Positions 28,633 to 39,849 of a stretch of 64,000 nt of DNA are shown here, one piece after another. This DNA is from Eledone cirrhosa (lineage: Eukaryota), in NCBI GenBank assembly GCA_964016885.1, contig OZ024743.1, forward strand, positions 243,288,001 to 243,352,000. Reading direction: 5' to 3'. Numbering within the stretch: the stretch's first letter is position 1; each line of letters opens with the position of its first letter. A program made the position numbers and the translations under genes. Under the pieces are notes generated by a model. It saw only the letters and a program-made list of their open reading frames with translations. It was not told the origin of the DNA and searched no databases.

Positions 28633-29859
28633 TGGTAGAACTAGAGAATAAATTCCAAACCTGGAAGCAGGGACTAGAGAGAAAGGGCCTCAAAGTCAAC
28701 ATGACAAAGACTAAGGTCCTTGTAAGTAGACGAGAAAACAGAACCCAGATCCCCTCAGGGAAATGGCCTTGCTCAGTATGTAGGAAAGGTGTAGGTAGGA
28801 ACTCCATTCTCTGCCCCAAATGCAAACAATGGGTACACAAGAGATGTAGCGGGATCTCAGGAAGCTTAATTAAGAATGTAGGATTCACATGCAGCAGCTG
28901 TGCTGAAACAGCAAGCAAACAGCCACAGGAAACAAGTACCACCAATCTCTGGGAGGGCCCTGTAGAAACAGTAGACAGCTTCTGCTACCTAGGTGACCGA
29001 ATTAGCAACGGAGGTGGGTGCTCAGAAAGTACAATAACTAGGGTAAGAACGGGATGGAAGAAGTTTAGGGAACTACTACCACTGCTAGCTGCAAAAGGCT
29101 TCTCCCTCAGAATGAAAGGCAGACTGTATGATGCGTGTATCCGAACAGCGATGTTGCATGGTAGTGAGACCTGGGCGCTGAAGGTGGAAGACTTACGTAG
29201 ATTAGAGAGAAACGAAGCCTGCATGCTCCGATGGATGTGTAACAGTAATATACGTGAACGACAAAGCATAAAGGAATTGAGAGAGAGACTGAGCATAAGA
29301 GGAATCAAATGCTGCGTGCAGGAGAGGCGGTTACGCTGGTATGGACATGTGATGCGTATGAAGGATGACAGCTGCATAAAAAGGTGCAGAGCACTAGAAG
29401 TTGATGGAAACCGCGGAGTGGGGAGACCCAAGATGACTTGGGATGAGGTGATAAAAGCCGACCTTACCCAACTACACCTCTCAAAGTCAATGACACACGA
29501 CCGTGACTTCTGGCGTCACGCAGTAATACAGGGTACCCGACCTCCCATGGGTACATGCTGAAGCATATAAACAATATGCCCCCCCCCCCCACCGCAAGGT
29601 GGCCGTGGAGGTGCCACGGCAAAAAAGCACCCAGCCCACACTGTAAAGTGGACGTGTAGGCGCCACGAAAAAGCACCCAGCACTCACTGTAAATGAGGTT
29701 GGTGTTAGGAAGGGCATCCAGCTGTAGAAATCAAGCCAGATCAGTTCCTGTATGAGCAAGGCATGGTCAGCCGACCAGACACTGCCCACAACAGGACAAC
29801 CCGTCTAACCCATGCTAGCGTGGAAGAACGGACGTAAAACGGTGATGATGATGATGATG
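28293..29859 (+). mobile_element. 5'-truncated RTE-clade LINE (RT C-terminal half, 3' UTR, (GAT)n tail)
   Basis: Open frame 28320-29561 with FVDLEKAFD, GVHQGSVLSP, YADD and LRWYGHV motifs; ends in GATGATGATG. Confidence 0.95.
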
Positions 29860-32349
29860 GGTCCTCGATATACGGTAGTTCTTTATCCGGTAAATTCACA
29901 GATACTGTTTTGGGTAATTACTACCATCGATTCTTTTTACGGTAAAAACATTCAGATACGGTTTTTGGTCGTGTTTTGTTTACATTGTACTGTAGCGCCA
30001 CCTGTAGTAAGCAATAAATTCCCCCTTGAATTCGTGGAAACTGACTGCTATTCGAATTCTAGGAAAATTGTGTTACTACTGCTATCGTACTAACTGACCT
30101 TACCGAGAAACTGGCCAATCACAAGCGAGTTCAGATATCGGTCGATGACGTCATAACTCTTAACTGATCACTTCAGTTTGGCAAACTAGCGTATCCTCTC
30201 AGTGAGAGAATTTTTGCCGAACTGAAGTGATCAGTTAAGAGTTATGATGTCATTCAAAGTAAGAGAAAACCCGACGGTGTGTTTTTGGAGCATAATTATC
30301 ACGGCATATCTTATAACCCCATATCTCATGGCCCAAAATCATCCTGCGAATATTGCTGATGCAGATGGAAAGGCCAAATGCATGAGGAAGAGCCTGACTT
30401 TGGAGATAAAGCTGGACATTTTGAAAAGGAAGGAACAGGGGCAAGGTACGTCCGCCATAAGTCGTAACTTAGGCCTAGCCCAGTCTACAGTCTGGACTGT
30501 TTTAAAAATTAGTGAGGCTGTCAAAAAAGCTGGGGAGAATGCTACGAGTCTACAGAGTAAATTGTTGACCAAACATCGTGAGCCAATTATGGATAGGATG
30601 GAAAGGTTGTTCAAAATTTGGATCGACGACCAAAATCGTCAAAATATGCCTCTGTCTTTAAATGTAATCAGTGAGAAAGCATTGTTCATTATTGACAGGC
30701 TCAAGACTGAAATAGGGGTGGAGGACTTTGTATTCAAGGCAAGCAAAGGCTAATTTATTAAGTTCAAATGACGTTCGAGTCTTCACAACATAAAAGTTAC
30801 AGGAGAGGCTGCCAGTTCCAACAAAGAGAGTGCTGAAAAATTCGAGGCTGAGTTAGAGAAATGCATTGCAGAGAAGGGGTACAGCATAAAACAGGTTATT
30901 AATTATGATGAAATAGGACTTTATTGGAAAAAGATGACCAGTAATACTTATATTGACAAGGAGGAGAAAAGTGCGAAGGGGTTCAAACCCTCAAAGGACC
31001 GGTGTTACTCTGTTACTTGGAGGGAATGCACAAAGAGATTTAATGGCTAAAGCCACTCGTTATCTACCATTCTGAAACTCCAAGAGCACTCAAGGGGTTA
31101 CTTAAGCAATACCTACCAGTGATATGGAAGTCTAATAAGAAGGTATGGCTGATCACTTCAATTCACCACGATTTTTTTACCTCATATCTGTCACCAACCC
31201 TTAAGGAATATGCATTAACTAACAACATTGCCAACCATTTTCTGCTATTAGTGGGCAATGCCCCCAGCCACCCATGGGCAATGGAAGACTGGTCAGAAAA
31301 TATTGAGGTTTTGTTTCTCCCCCCAAACACCACAGCTCTCATTCAGCCGATGGATCAAACAGTCATCAAAACATTTAAGGCATACAACCAGCGGAGAACC
31401 ATGCAGCAGCTGATAAAGGGCACAGATGGGCCTGACAACCCCACAATCAGGCAATGGTGGAAATTGTACAACATAGACAACATCAAGGCATCTTGGGAAG
31501 AAGTGAAGCAGTCTACCATGAACTTGGCCTGAAAGAAATTATGGCCAGCATGTGTGAATGACTTCCAAGGCTTTGCTGAGGACATTGGTGCGATAAAAAA
31601 AGATATTGTAAATCTCTGCCATAGAGCTGGCTTCGATGGTGTTAATGATGATGATGTGCAAGACCTTTTGGAAAGCCACGCTGAACCACTCTCCAATGAT
31701 GAACTCATAGAACTAGACATTGCGATACAGGAGACAGAAAAAGAAGAAGAGGAGGAAGAAGAACCTGTGCGTGGCTTGGACATAAAAACTCTAAGAGAAT
31801 GTCTCGGGAGTATCGAAACAATCTTAGAAATCCTGAAAAAGCGTGACCCCAACCCTGCTAGGAGCAGCAAAGTGGCTCAAGACGCCTAGAAAAGCGTCAA
31901 GATTTACCAAGAAATGTATGAAGCCAAAATAAACACCGCCAAACAGTCCTCCATCTACTCTTTCTTCAAGCCAGTCACACCTGCCAACCGTGCTACAGCT
32001 GGCCCTTCAACATCCACTGAAATCAATGAGTTTGTTGGTTTTGAGCCTCTCACATCACCCTCATCCTCCCCTGCCAACTCAGCCCAAGATGAGTAAGGGC
32101 TGAAAACCATACTGTCCCTTAGCCTTGGGAGGGACAGATGAAGAGGCACATCATATGATGGACTACGCGGCATGTGTAAGGTACAGTAAATAAAAAAAAA
32201 ACATTATTTCTTTTCTGTAGGAATGACTTTTTCAATGTGCTGGAACGCATCCCTATCTATTTCATGTTATAATGGGTTCTTTATACGGTAATTCGATATA
32301 CGGTAAGGGTTTCAGGAATGCATATATACCGTATATCGAGGACTCACTG
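29858..32349 (+). mobile_element. Tigger/pogo DNA transposon (disrupted)
   Basis: Right TIR CCGTATATCGAGGACTCACTG|TA; left TIR TGGGTCCTCGATATACGG lacks its first bases; transposase remnants inside. Confidence 0.9.
30328..32096 (+). pseudogene. Tigger/CENP-B-like DDE transposase pseudogene
   Basis: HTH region RKSLTLEIKLDIL...; FKASKG; NYDEIGLYWK; FLPPNTTALIQPMDQ motif; several stops and frameshifts (ORF pieces 30244, 31119, 31554, 31914). Confidence 0.9.
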
Positions 32350-33163
32350 TATATATACACACATTTCAAACACAAGTCAACTTAACACCTTTTATTTCAA
32401 TTATTCATCAGTGATTTTCATTCTAATTTATAGTGTATGAGCAAGACATGATCACATAACCTGTCTAATATCAAAATGTGACAACCTGTCCAACCCAGGC
32501 CAATGTGGAAAACGACCATCAATGGTGATGTTGCTGATGATGATGATAGCTAAAATCTACAATCTTTTAGAATTATATATTTTAGACAAACTTAGTATGA
32601 AATTTACAACATTAGACAACAGTATTTATAGAGGTGATGGGTTAGCTATGTCCAATAGCATCAATTTACATACACTAAATACATTAATGAAAGAAATCAT
32701 CCACACTTTCAATACCTTTGAGTTAAAAATAACTATAGCTACTAACTTAATTGGAGTTCACTTCCTTTCTGATACCTTAGGTTTAGCCACTTGTATAAAT
32801 CTTTATAAAGCCTAACGAAAAATTCATCTGAATTAACACAGGATCATGTCACTCATTCATATCAAAACCTCATCAATAATATTAGTAGGATTTCCAATAT
32901 GTCCTCAAATAAAAAAGAAACTCTTTCATAAGACATCCACTAACTACAATAATGGGCTTTACTAGCTAATAGATTCAATGATAAAAATTAACTCCTGGCT
33001 TAAATCTTATGTACCAACCCACTCTGCAAAATAAGAAAAGCTAGCATGATATATCTCTAGCCACTTAATATCAAATCTTATATTACAAATGCCTTTCTAA
33101 TCTTAATAGACACTTTTCAATCAACTATAAATAAAGAAAGCTATTTAACAGACATAATCTTAA

Positions 33164-33536
33164 CTCTTATTTACATTACTCTATATAAACTACAGGTAAA
33201 ATTCTATTATAACGAATTTTTCAGTATAACAAAACTTTTTTTTAATCCCCGAGGTAATAACAAACAAATGCTCAATTTGTTTTGGTCAATCTCATTATAA
33301 AGAATTTTTCGTTACAACAAATTTTTTTTATACCCCATGAATTTTGTTATAACGAAATTTCACTGTATTGTATTTTCACAGTAAAGGCTTTATCTTACGA
33401 AATTTTGACATTATTTATTTTGAGAATAATACCATAATATAGGTATGAGTGGCCAGTTTGAACAGAAAGAGATGAGAGAGTTCTGGCTGGATATCATCAT
33501 CATCATCGTTTAATGGCCGGTTTAAATGCTAAAGGG
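33164..33536. mobile_element. piggyBac-type MITE, copy 3, carrying a nested Tc1/pogo MITE
   Basis: Same body as the other copies; ends AAAGGG|TTAA; interrupted at a TA site. Confidence 0.8.
33193..33365. mobile_element. Tc1/pogo-type MITE
   Basis: TA|CAGGTAAAATTC...GAAATTTCACTG|TA. The TA duplication is evident from the empty site in sister MITEs. A second copy lies at 49636-49823. Confidence 0.85.
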
Positions 33537-33764
33537 TTAAATAAAGCTACAGCTATACTCTAATCACAAAGAACATAATATCACACACACACAAAAGAAC
33601 TTAAGGTTATATCTTATATAGAAACACCAATATATGCCCACTAAATATGACTTGGGATGTAGAAGCTACAATTTATTAAACAGAAGTTACTTCCATAAAA
33701 TCAAACTACAATGTAGCATATAAACAATCATTGGCATGTCTGAAGAGAGGCTCAAGCAGATATT

Positions 33765-34690
33765 CATCATCATCATCATCGTTTAACGTCCACCTTCCAT
33801 GCTAGCATGGGTCTGGACGGGAATTGTCCCATTTGAGGCAAGATTGGTTGTCTTGCTCAGGACTGTCTGGCGGGTTTTCTACGGCTGGATGCCCTTCCTA
33901 ACACCAACCACGTTTACAGTGTGGACTGGGAGGTTTTTACCGTGTTACCTATACGGCCACATTACAGCGTGGAGTGTGTTTTTTTGTCATGACACCTACA
34001 CGACCTCATTTGTTTCGGACTGGATGTTGTGGTACCAACATAACTTCACATTTAAGGGGGTGGTGTGGATGGGGTGGGGGTAGTGGGACGGGGTGTATTT
34101 TGTTAGAGGTGCCTACTGACTGTAGGTTTCGCTTTGTACTTAGGCAAGGCGGGTCTTCTGTATAACTGTGTAGCGCCAAAGATCTTGGTCCAGTGACATT
34201 GTCTTGGAGAGGTGTAAGTGTGTGAGGTCGGAATTTATCAAGTCGTCCCAGGTTTTTCTGGGTCTGCCTACTCCGTGGCTACCGTCTATTTTTATCGCCC
34301 TGCACTTTTTTATACAGCTGTCGTCTTTCATGCGCATCACGTGACCGTACCAACGTAGTCTTCTCTCGAGTAAACAACATCTGATCCCTCTTATTCCTAA
34401 TTTCTCCCTTAGTTCGTTTATGCTTTGCCGTTCACGTATATTACTATTACACATCCAGCGGAGCATGCAAGCTTCGTTTCTCTCCAGTCTGCGTATATCC
34501 TCTGCACACAATGCCATGTCTCACTGCCATGTAACATTGCTGTTCGTATGCAGGCATCATACAGCCTGCCTTTCATTTTTAGAGAGAAACCTTTAACGGC
34601 CAATAGTGGTATAAGCTCTCTGAACTTTTTCCATCCCGTTCTGACTCTAGCTACTGTACTTTCAGAGCACCCTCCCCCACTGCTGCTACA
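33765..34690 (-). mobile_element. 5'-truncated RTE LINE 3' fragment
   Basis: ORFs 34140-34517 and 34418-34603 match the C-terminus of the full-length RTE; (CAT)n tail at 33765. Confidence 0.92.
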
Positions 34691-35356
34691 ATGATACTTT
34701 CTTTTTTAAATTCATTGAGAAGAAATATGACAAAACTAGTAGATGGCATCTAATAATTAACACAAAAGACTTCCAATTACACCACCAAATGAAAAATAGA
34801 AAGAATGGACATAAAAGGTGTGATTTACTTCAATACAAGATCTGAAACTTTCAGGACCTGTAAACATTGTGAGAAATATCTGTGAGAAATATCTGTTATG
34901 TAAATGGGGCTCACACGACTTTTACCCGGCTAATATCACACACACGCACATGTTAACATATACACTAGTCTGGCATGAGGGGGTGGGGTGAGGTGGAGAC
35001 TAAGGTGTGCCATGGTTGCTGTTACATGTGGGTGCATTTCCTCTCACTTACTTTTTAATTTCTTTTTTCTATATTTTTTTAGCTATTTTTTATATTATTC
35101 ACAATAATTATTGAGATTTCCTTGTAATGTTAAAAGGAAATAACTCATTTTTACCATCTAAGAGTTAGGCATCCCAATGAATACAGCAATGACACATTTT
35201 TCCAAAATTCATGCTAGAAAAATTGAAATAATCACCTCTAGTCCAGAACATTCTAATGGCCGTAAGAATCATCATCATCATTTTACGTCCACGGGGAACA
35301 TTAACTTATGCAGATTATAAATAAATATAAAGTGAGAAAAAATTATTTTTGGTACT

Positions 35357-35395
<39 letters not shown>

Positions 35396-35889
35396 GTACC
35401 ATCACCATTTTTCATTCACTTTTCCATGTATGTATCTGTATAATGTATGTATCACCCCAAGGATGATACATATATATGTATCAGCACAAGGCAAGACTGA
35501 AGCATATATATATTATACACCAGCCAAACCCCACCCACCCCAATACATCTCCCATGAGGACAAGCAGAAGTATACATCTAGTGAAGCCTCCAGACCACAC
35601 TGTAAAGTGGTCGTGATGCTGACATGACAAAAAGTACCCAGCCCACCCACACTATAAAATGGTTGTGATGGTCACACAGCAAAAAGCGTCCAGTCCACAC
35701 TGTGAAGTGGTTGTGTAGTTGTCACGACAAAAAGCACCCAGTACTCACTGTAAATGAGGTTAGCATTAAGAAGGGCATCCAGCTGTAGAAACTAAGTCAA
35801 AATCAGTTCTGTATGAGCATGACATGGTCAACTTACCTGGCATTGCTCACAACAGGATAACTCGTCTAACATGAAGATCACCAGCACTA

Positions 35890-36032
35890 TGTGTGAGTGT
35901 GTGAGAGTGTGTGTGTGTGTGTGTGTGTGTGTGAGTGTGTGTGTGTGTCTGTGTGTGTGTGTGTAGTGTGTGTGTGTGTAGTGTGTGTGTAGTGTGTGTG
36001 TGTGTGTGTGTGTGTGTGTCTGTGTGTGTGTG

Positions 36033-36086
<54 letters not shown>

Positions 36087-36135
36087 GCGTGTGTGTGTGT
36101 GTGTATGTGTGTGTGTGTGTGTGTGCGTGTGCGTG
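35890..36135. repeat. (GT)n microsatellite
   Basis: Direct observation. Confidence 0.95.
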
Positions 36136-36681
36136 TATATTTATGTAAGCACTGCCAATAATTTAAAGCAAAATATATTAAAGTAATATTTTTCTTCTAA
36201 TTTTATTAACTTTCTTTTAATCACAAAATGATCTCTGAACCTACCTGCATTACCAACTAGTCTATATTTTAGACAGTTTGATTAAAAAAAAAAGATTAAT
36301 GAAGATACACATCTGAATGGATAATTAACTTTGTCTGCATTCCTTATATCAATGTGATTATTCATAAATATTTTTAAAATTTTAATGTTTATTTATTTAT
36401 CCTTATTCTATCACTGATAAATAGTGTACACAACACAAAGTATAGCTCACAGCATTGTTTTAACATTTTCTCTTGTCTGTCACTTAGATTTGCTTATATA
36501 GAGAATTTTTAATTTTGCTGTGTAAGCAATATGTGGTAAGGAGTTCAGCCCACAACCTTGTGGTTTCAGGTTTAATCCCACTACACTGCTCCATCTACTA
36601 TTACCCCAGGTTGACCAATGCCTTGAAATTGGAAGATGGAACCTGTAGAATCCTGCCCACCCCACACACACATATATATAT

Positions 36682-36896
36682 ATAGTGGTAGAACACTGGA
36701 AGGTAATATCCATAGTGGTAGAGCACTCAGTCCATGGGACGAGTTAGGTAGAGGTTGTTACACAACAGTTAGTTCACCATACCGAGAACAATTGTTTCAC
36801 CTTAGCGGATCCCCAGCAGATCCCCAGCTGAGGATCCGCTAAGATGAAACAATTGTTCTCGGTATGGTGAACTAACTGTTGTGTAACCACTTCTAC
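36682..36896. mobile_element. (TA)n-embedded palindromic mini-element A with hammerhead-like motifs
   Basis: ~66-bp head shared with element B, then an inverted repeat 36748-36896. The right arm reads CTGAGGA-TCCGCTAAGAT-GAAA-CAATTG-TT. Confidence 0.75.
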
Positions 36897-37007
36897 ATAT
36901 ATATATATATATGAATGGGCATTCAATTCATGAACATCACTGTTTGTTCATTCCCTTTCACTTCAAATTTGGATTACCTCCTTGATTGTAACCTTATTAT
37001 GTAATAC

Positions 37008-37085
37008 GCTGTCTGAAGAGAGCATGGCACTGGGTTCTACGCCGAATCGCGTAGCCAATGTCGTCCTCGAAATATGTATCACAGC
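37008..37085 (+). ncRNA. Type I hammerhead ribozyme motif (PLE-type) in a short (TA)n-flanked insert 36913-37130
   Basis: Stem I GCTGT/ACAGC; CTGAAGA (37013-37019); stem II closed by GAG/CTC; GAAA (37069-37072); short stem III TATGTA; AUC site, predicted cut after 37080; AATAAA just downstream. Confidence 0.75.
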
Positions 37086-37161
37086 ATTATCAATAAAGGA
37101 CTTTATCATCTAAACTTTGTATTTCCTTATTATATATATATATATATATATGTGTATATAT

Positions 37162-37420
37162 ATAGTGGTAAAACACTGGAAAGTTATATCCGTAGTAAGT
37201 AGAGCACTCAGTCCATAGGACGAGTCAGGTATAAAGTTAGTTCCACAACAAATTAGCAAACCATACTTGGGGATACACATTTCACCCAACTGATTCTCAA
37301 CTTGAGTGGAGTTGTACTGAAAACGTTTTTAGCACAACCTCACTTGAGTTGAGAATCCATTGGGTGAAACACACATCCTCAAGTATGGTTTACTAATTTG
37401 TTGTGGAACTAACTTTTTAT
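37162..37420. mobile_element. (TA)n-embedded palindromic mini-element B with U3-A8 hammerhead motifs
   Basis: Same head as element A; palindrome 37231-37420 centred on AAAACGTTTT. Right arm reads ACTTGAG-TTGAGAA-TCCATTGGGT-GAAA-CACACATC-CTCAAGT (37342-37384). Confidence 0.75.
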
Positions 37421-37468
37421 ATATATATTCGAAATTAAGGTTTTTAAATATCTCACAAGGGGTAAAAT

Positions 37469-38184
37469 TATAGGAAAAAATAAGTTGAAAATGCAATTGG
37501 AGTCTTTAAGAAGGTTTATTTACAATCATTTATAACTTTACTGGTTTCACAAGTTTCATGACTTTCAAAAGTTAAGAGAAATGGAGAAATGTGTGGCTAT
37601 GCTGACATCTAACTGATGTTGGGAATTTCTTTCAGTTTTATGTGGCTTATATTGATATCACACAAACACCCACATAAATAAACAAAATTCCAGTACTTTT
37701 GAAGTTTTGGGATTGCCACAAGGTCAATATTAACTGCCATTGACTATTCAATGCAACAGGCATGAATTGTTACTGTCCATATTCACACCAGCTTTTTGGT
37801 GCAAAACTACCACCAAACTCAGGGCCTAATCACGTGATCACCCTGATCCTTTAAACTTGAGTCACTTTTCTGGAAAAACCTGAAAGAACCATGACACTCT
37901 CAAATTTTGGTGTGAAATTACCAAAATATTTGGTGCCTAATCATGTGATCTTCCTCAACCTATCAAAATGTACTTCAAACAATCTTAGCCACAGTTTTTG
38001 TATAAATCTGAAAGAAATTCCCAAGATCAATTAAATGTGAGTTACAAGTCGGCATAGCAACACATCTCTCCATCTCTCTTAACTTTTGAAAGTCATGAAA
38101 CTTGTAAAACTGGTAAAGTTATAAATTATTGTAAATAAATCTTCTTGAAAACTTCAGCTACATTTTCAACTTCTTTTTCCTATA
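37469..38184. mobile_element. Foldback element C with ~180-bp terminal inverted repeats, each containing a degenerate hammerhead-like motif
   Basis: 37469-~37647 is the reverse complement of ~37987-38184. Motif TAACTT-TTGAAAG-TCATGAAACTTGT-(G/A)AAAC-NN-GTA-AAGTTA at 38080-38121 (+) and 37533-37574 (-). Confidence 0.7.
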
Positions 38185-38247
38185 TATATGTGTGTGTGTG
38201 TAAAAGGTAAACAGAAATAACAACACAATCGGTACAGTATATGGAAG

Positions 38248-38287
<40 letters not shown>

Positions 38288-38439
38288 TCAAATATAAGCT
38301 GAGGAATATTGACCCAAAACAGGGTTTGGATTTTTACCTATTTCTCAAACATAGAATAGGGAAATCGGTTTATATTTGAATATACAGTGAAATATATTAT
38401 CATTGTACCATTTCATTTTTTGCCCAAATTAAGAAATTA

Positions 38440-38705
38440 CAACTTCGATACTATGGACATGTGGTTAGAATGTCTCAGGAAAGAATCGCTGGACAGATTT
38501 TATGGGCAAATCCAACTGGCAGGAGACCCAGGGTTAGATCCCGAGCAAAATGGTTGGATAACATCCATGAGCTTGGCTGATCATGCTTGGGGATCCAGCT
38601 AGATCAGTTGGAGACAGTTGCTTCTGACAGGACCCACTGGAGGGAGTGTGTGAGGACTCTGCACCAATGACCTTCTCAGGAATAAGTGGCGAAGAAGAGA
38701 AGAAC
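38440..38705 (+). mobile_element. Decayed 3' end of the second RTE-like family, (GAA)-rich tail
   Basis: Reads LRYYGHVVRMSQERIAGQILWANPTGRRPR...WLDNI; ends GAAGAAGAGAAGAA. Confidence 0.7.
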
Positions 38706-39129
38706 TATTAATGTATAACTTCTTGAAACCCTTTCTTTCTCTTCTTCCATTTCTCCATCTTTTACCCTCTCTCAGTTTTGTTCAATATAATATGTGGTTA
38801 TCTAGGGCATGTGTATTATTATGGCAGTATTGGTAGAGGGTCGGACGCCATGCTTTGCAGCAAAGAGTTATGGCCCTTTATGATGTGAGTTCAAATCCCG
38901 CCGAGGTTAACTTTGCTTTTCATCCTTACGGGGTCAATAAAATAAAGTACCAGTAATACACTGGGATAATTGCTGGCCTTGTGCCAAAAGTAGAAACAGT
39001 AGAAATTATTTTACTAAACAAATTTACACTTCAATTCTAATTCAAAATCTTGGCGGATCTCTTTGAAGAGCTAAGCTATGGAGAGAATGAAACAAGCCAG
39101 TTAAGCAAAACCTTACTATATATATATAT

Positions 39130-39160
<31 letters not shown>

Positions 39161-39518
39161 GGAAAATGTATGACCCCGACGGCAGAGCTCAAGCCGTCAT
39201 ACATTTTCCTATTACCCACTCTACTACCCTTAGTATTGAGTACTCTGGTATGTCCATCTGGTTCCTTACCACACCTCCTTCGTTTTATATTTTTTTCTTT
39301 TTTTTTTTTTTCGATCGACTTCCGTCAAATCGGACCGAGGAAACAATGTTTCCGTTGGTCTTTCTAATTGCTAATACTATATATCGGTCGCAACTCCAGG
39401 TAGAAGGAGCAACGTGAAATAAAGTGTCTTGCTCAAGGACATAACGCATCGCCCGGTCCAGGAATCGAACTCACAACCTCACAATTGCGAATCTAATTCT
39501 CTAACAACTCAGCCACGC

Positions 39519-39520
<2 letters not shown>
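39161..39520 (-). mobile_element. tRNA-headed SINE inserted in (TA)n, with terminal hairpin
   Basis: Minus-strand A box GTGGCTGAGTTG, B box GAGTTCGATTCC, and CCTTGAGCAAGACACTT box; related heads at ~22524(+), ~48845(-), 51332(+). Confidence 0.75.
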
Positions 39521-39578
<58 letters not shown>

Positions 39579-39849
39579 GAGGTTATATTTAATTTGTTGG
39601 AATACAACAAGCTAAAATATTTTTATAACTGATATAAAGCACTCAACAAATTATTGGAGTAAATATTAACAAATGGAAACTATAATTATTGGAGTAAATA
39701 TTAACAAATGGAAACTATATTTATAAAACCATATTTATTTCATTATACATATTTCAAGGGCCACCAAGGCAAAAATGGGATTCTTTAAGGTCTCTTCTTC
39801 TCTAAAGGACATACTTTTACCTAGGAATAAAGATGGAATTCTTTAAGAT

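Larger units (their letters stand above)
32540..34900 (+). mobile_element. Old, heavily decayed Penelope-like element interrupted by nested insertions
   Basis: LYILDKLS...IYRGDGL (YRDDG-like) RT remnant; IGMSEERLKQ GIY-YIG remnant at ~33730; interrupted by a MITE (33164) and an RTE fragment (33765). Confidence 0.55.

Noticed and set aside
33738-33760. CTGAAGA as another hammerhead core
   Set aside because: No stem II/GAAA follows; it lies in the decayed GIY-YIG coding remnant.
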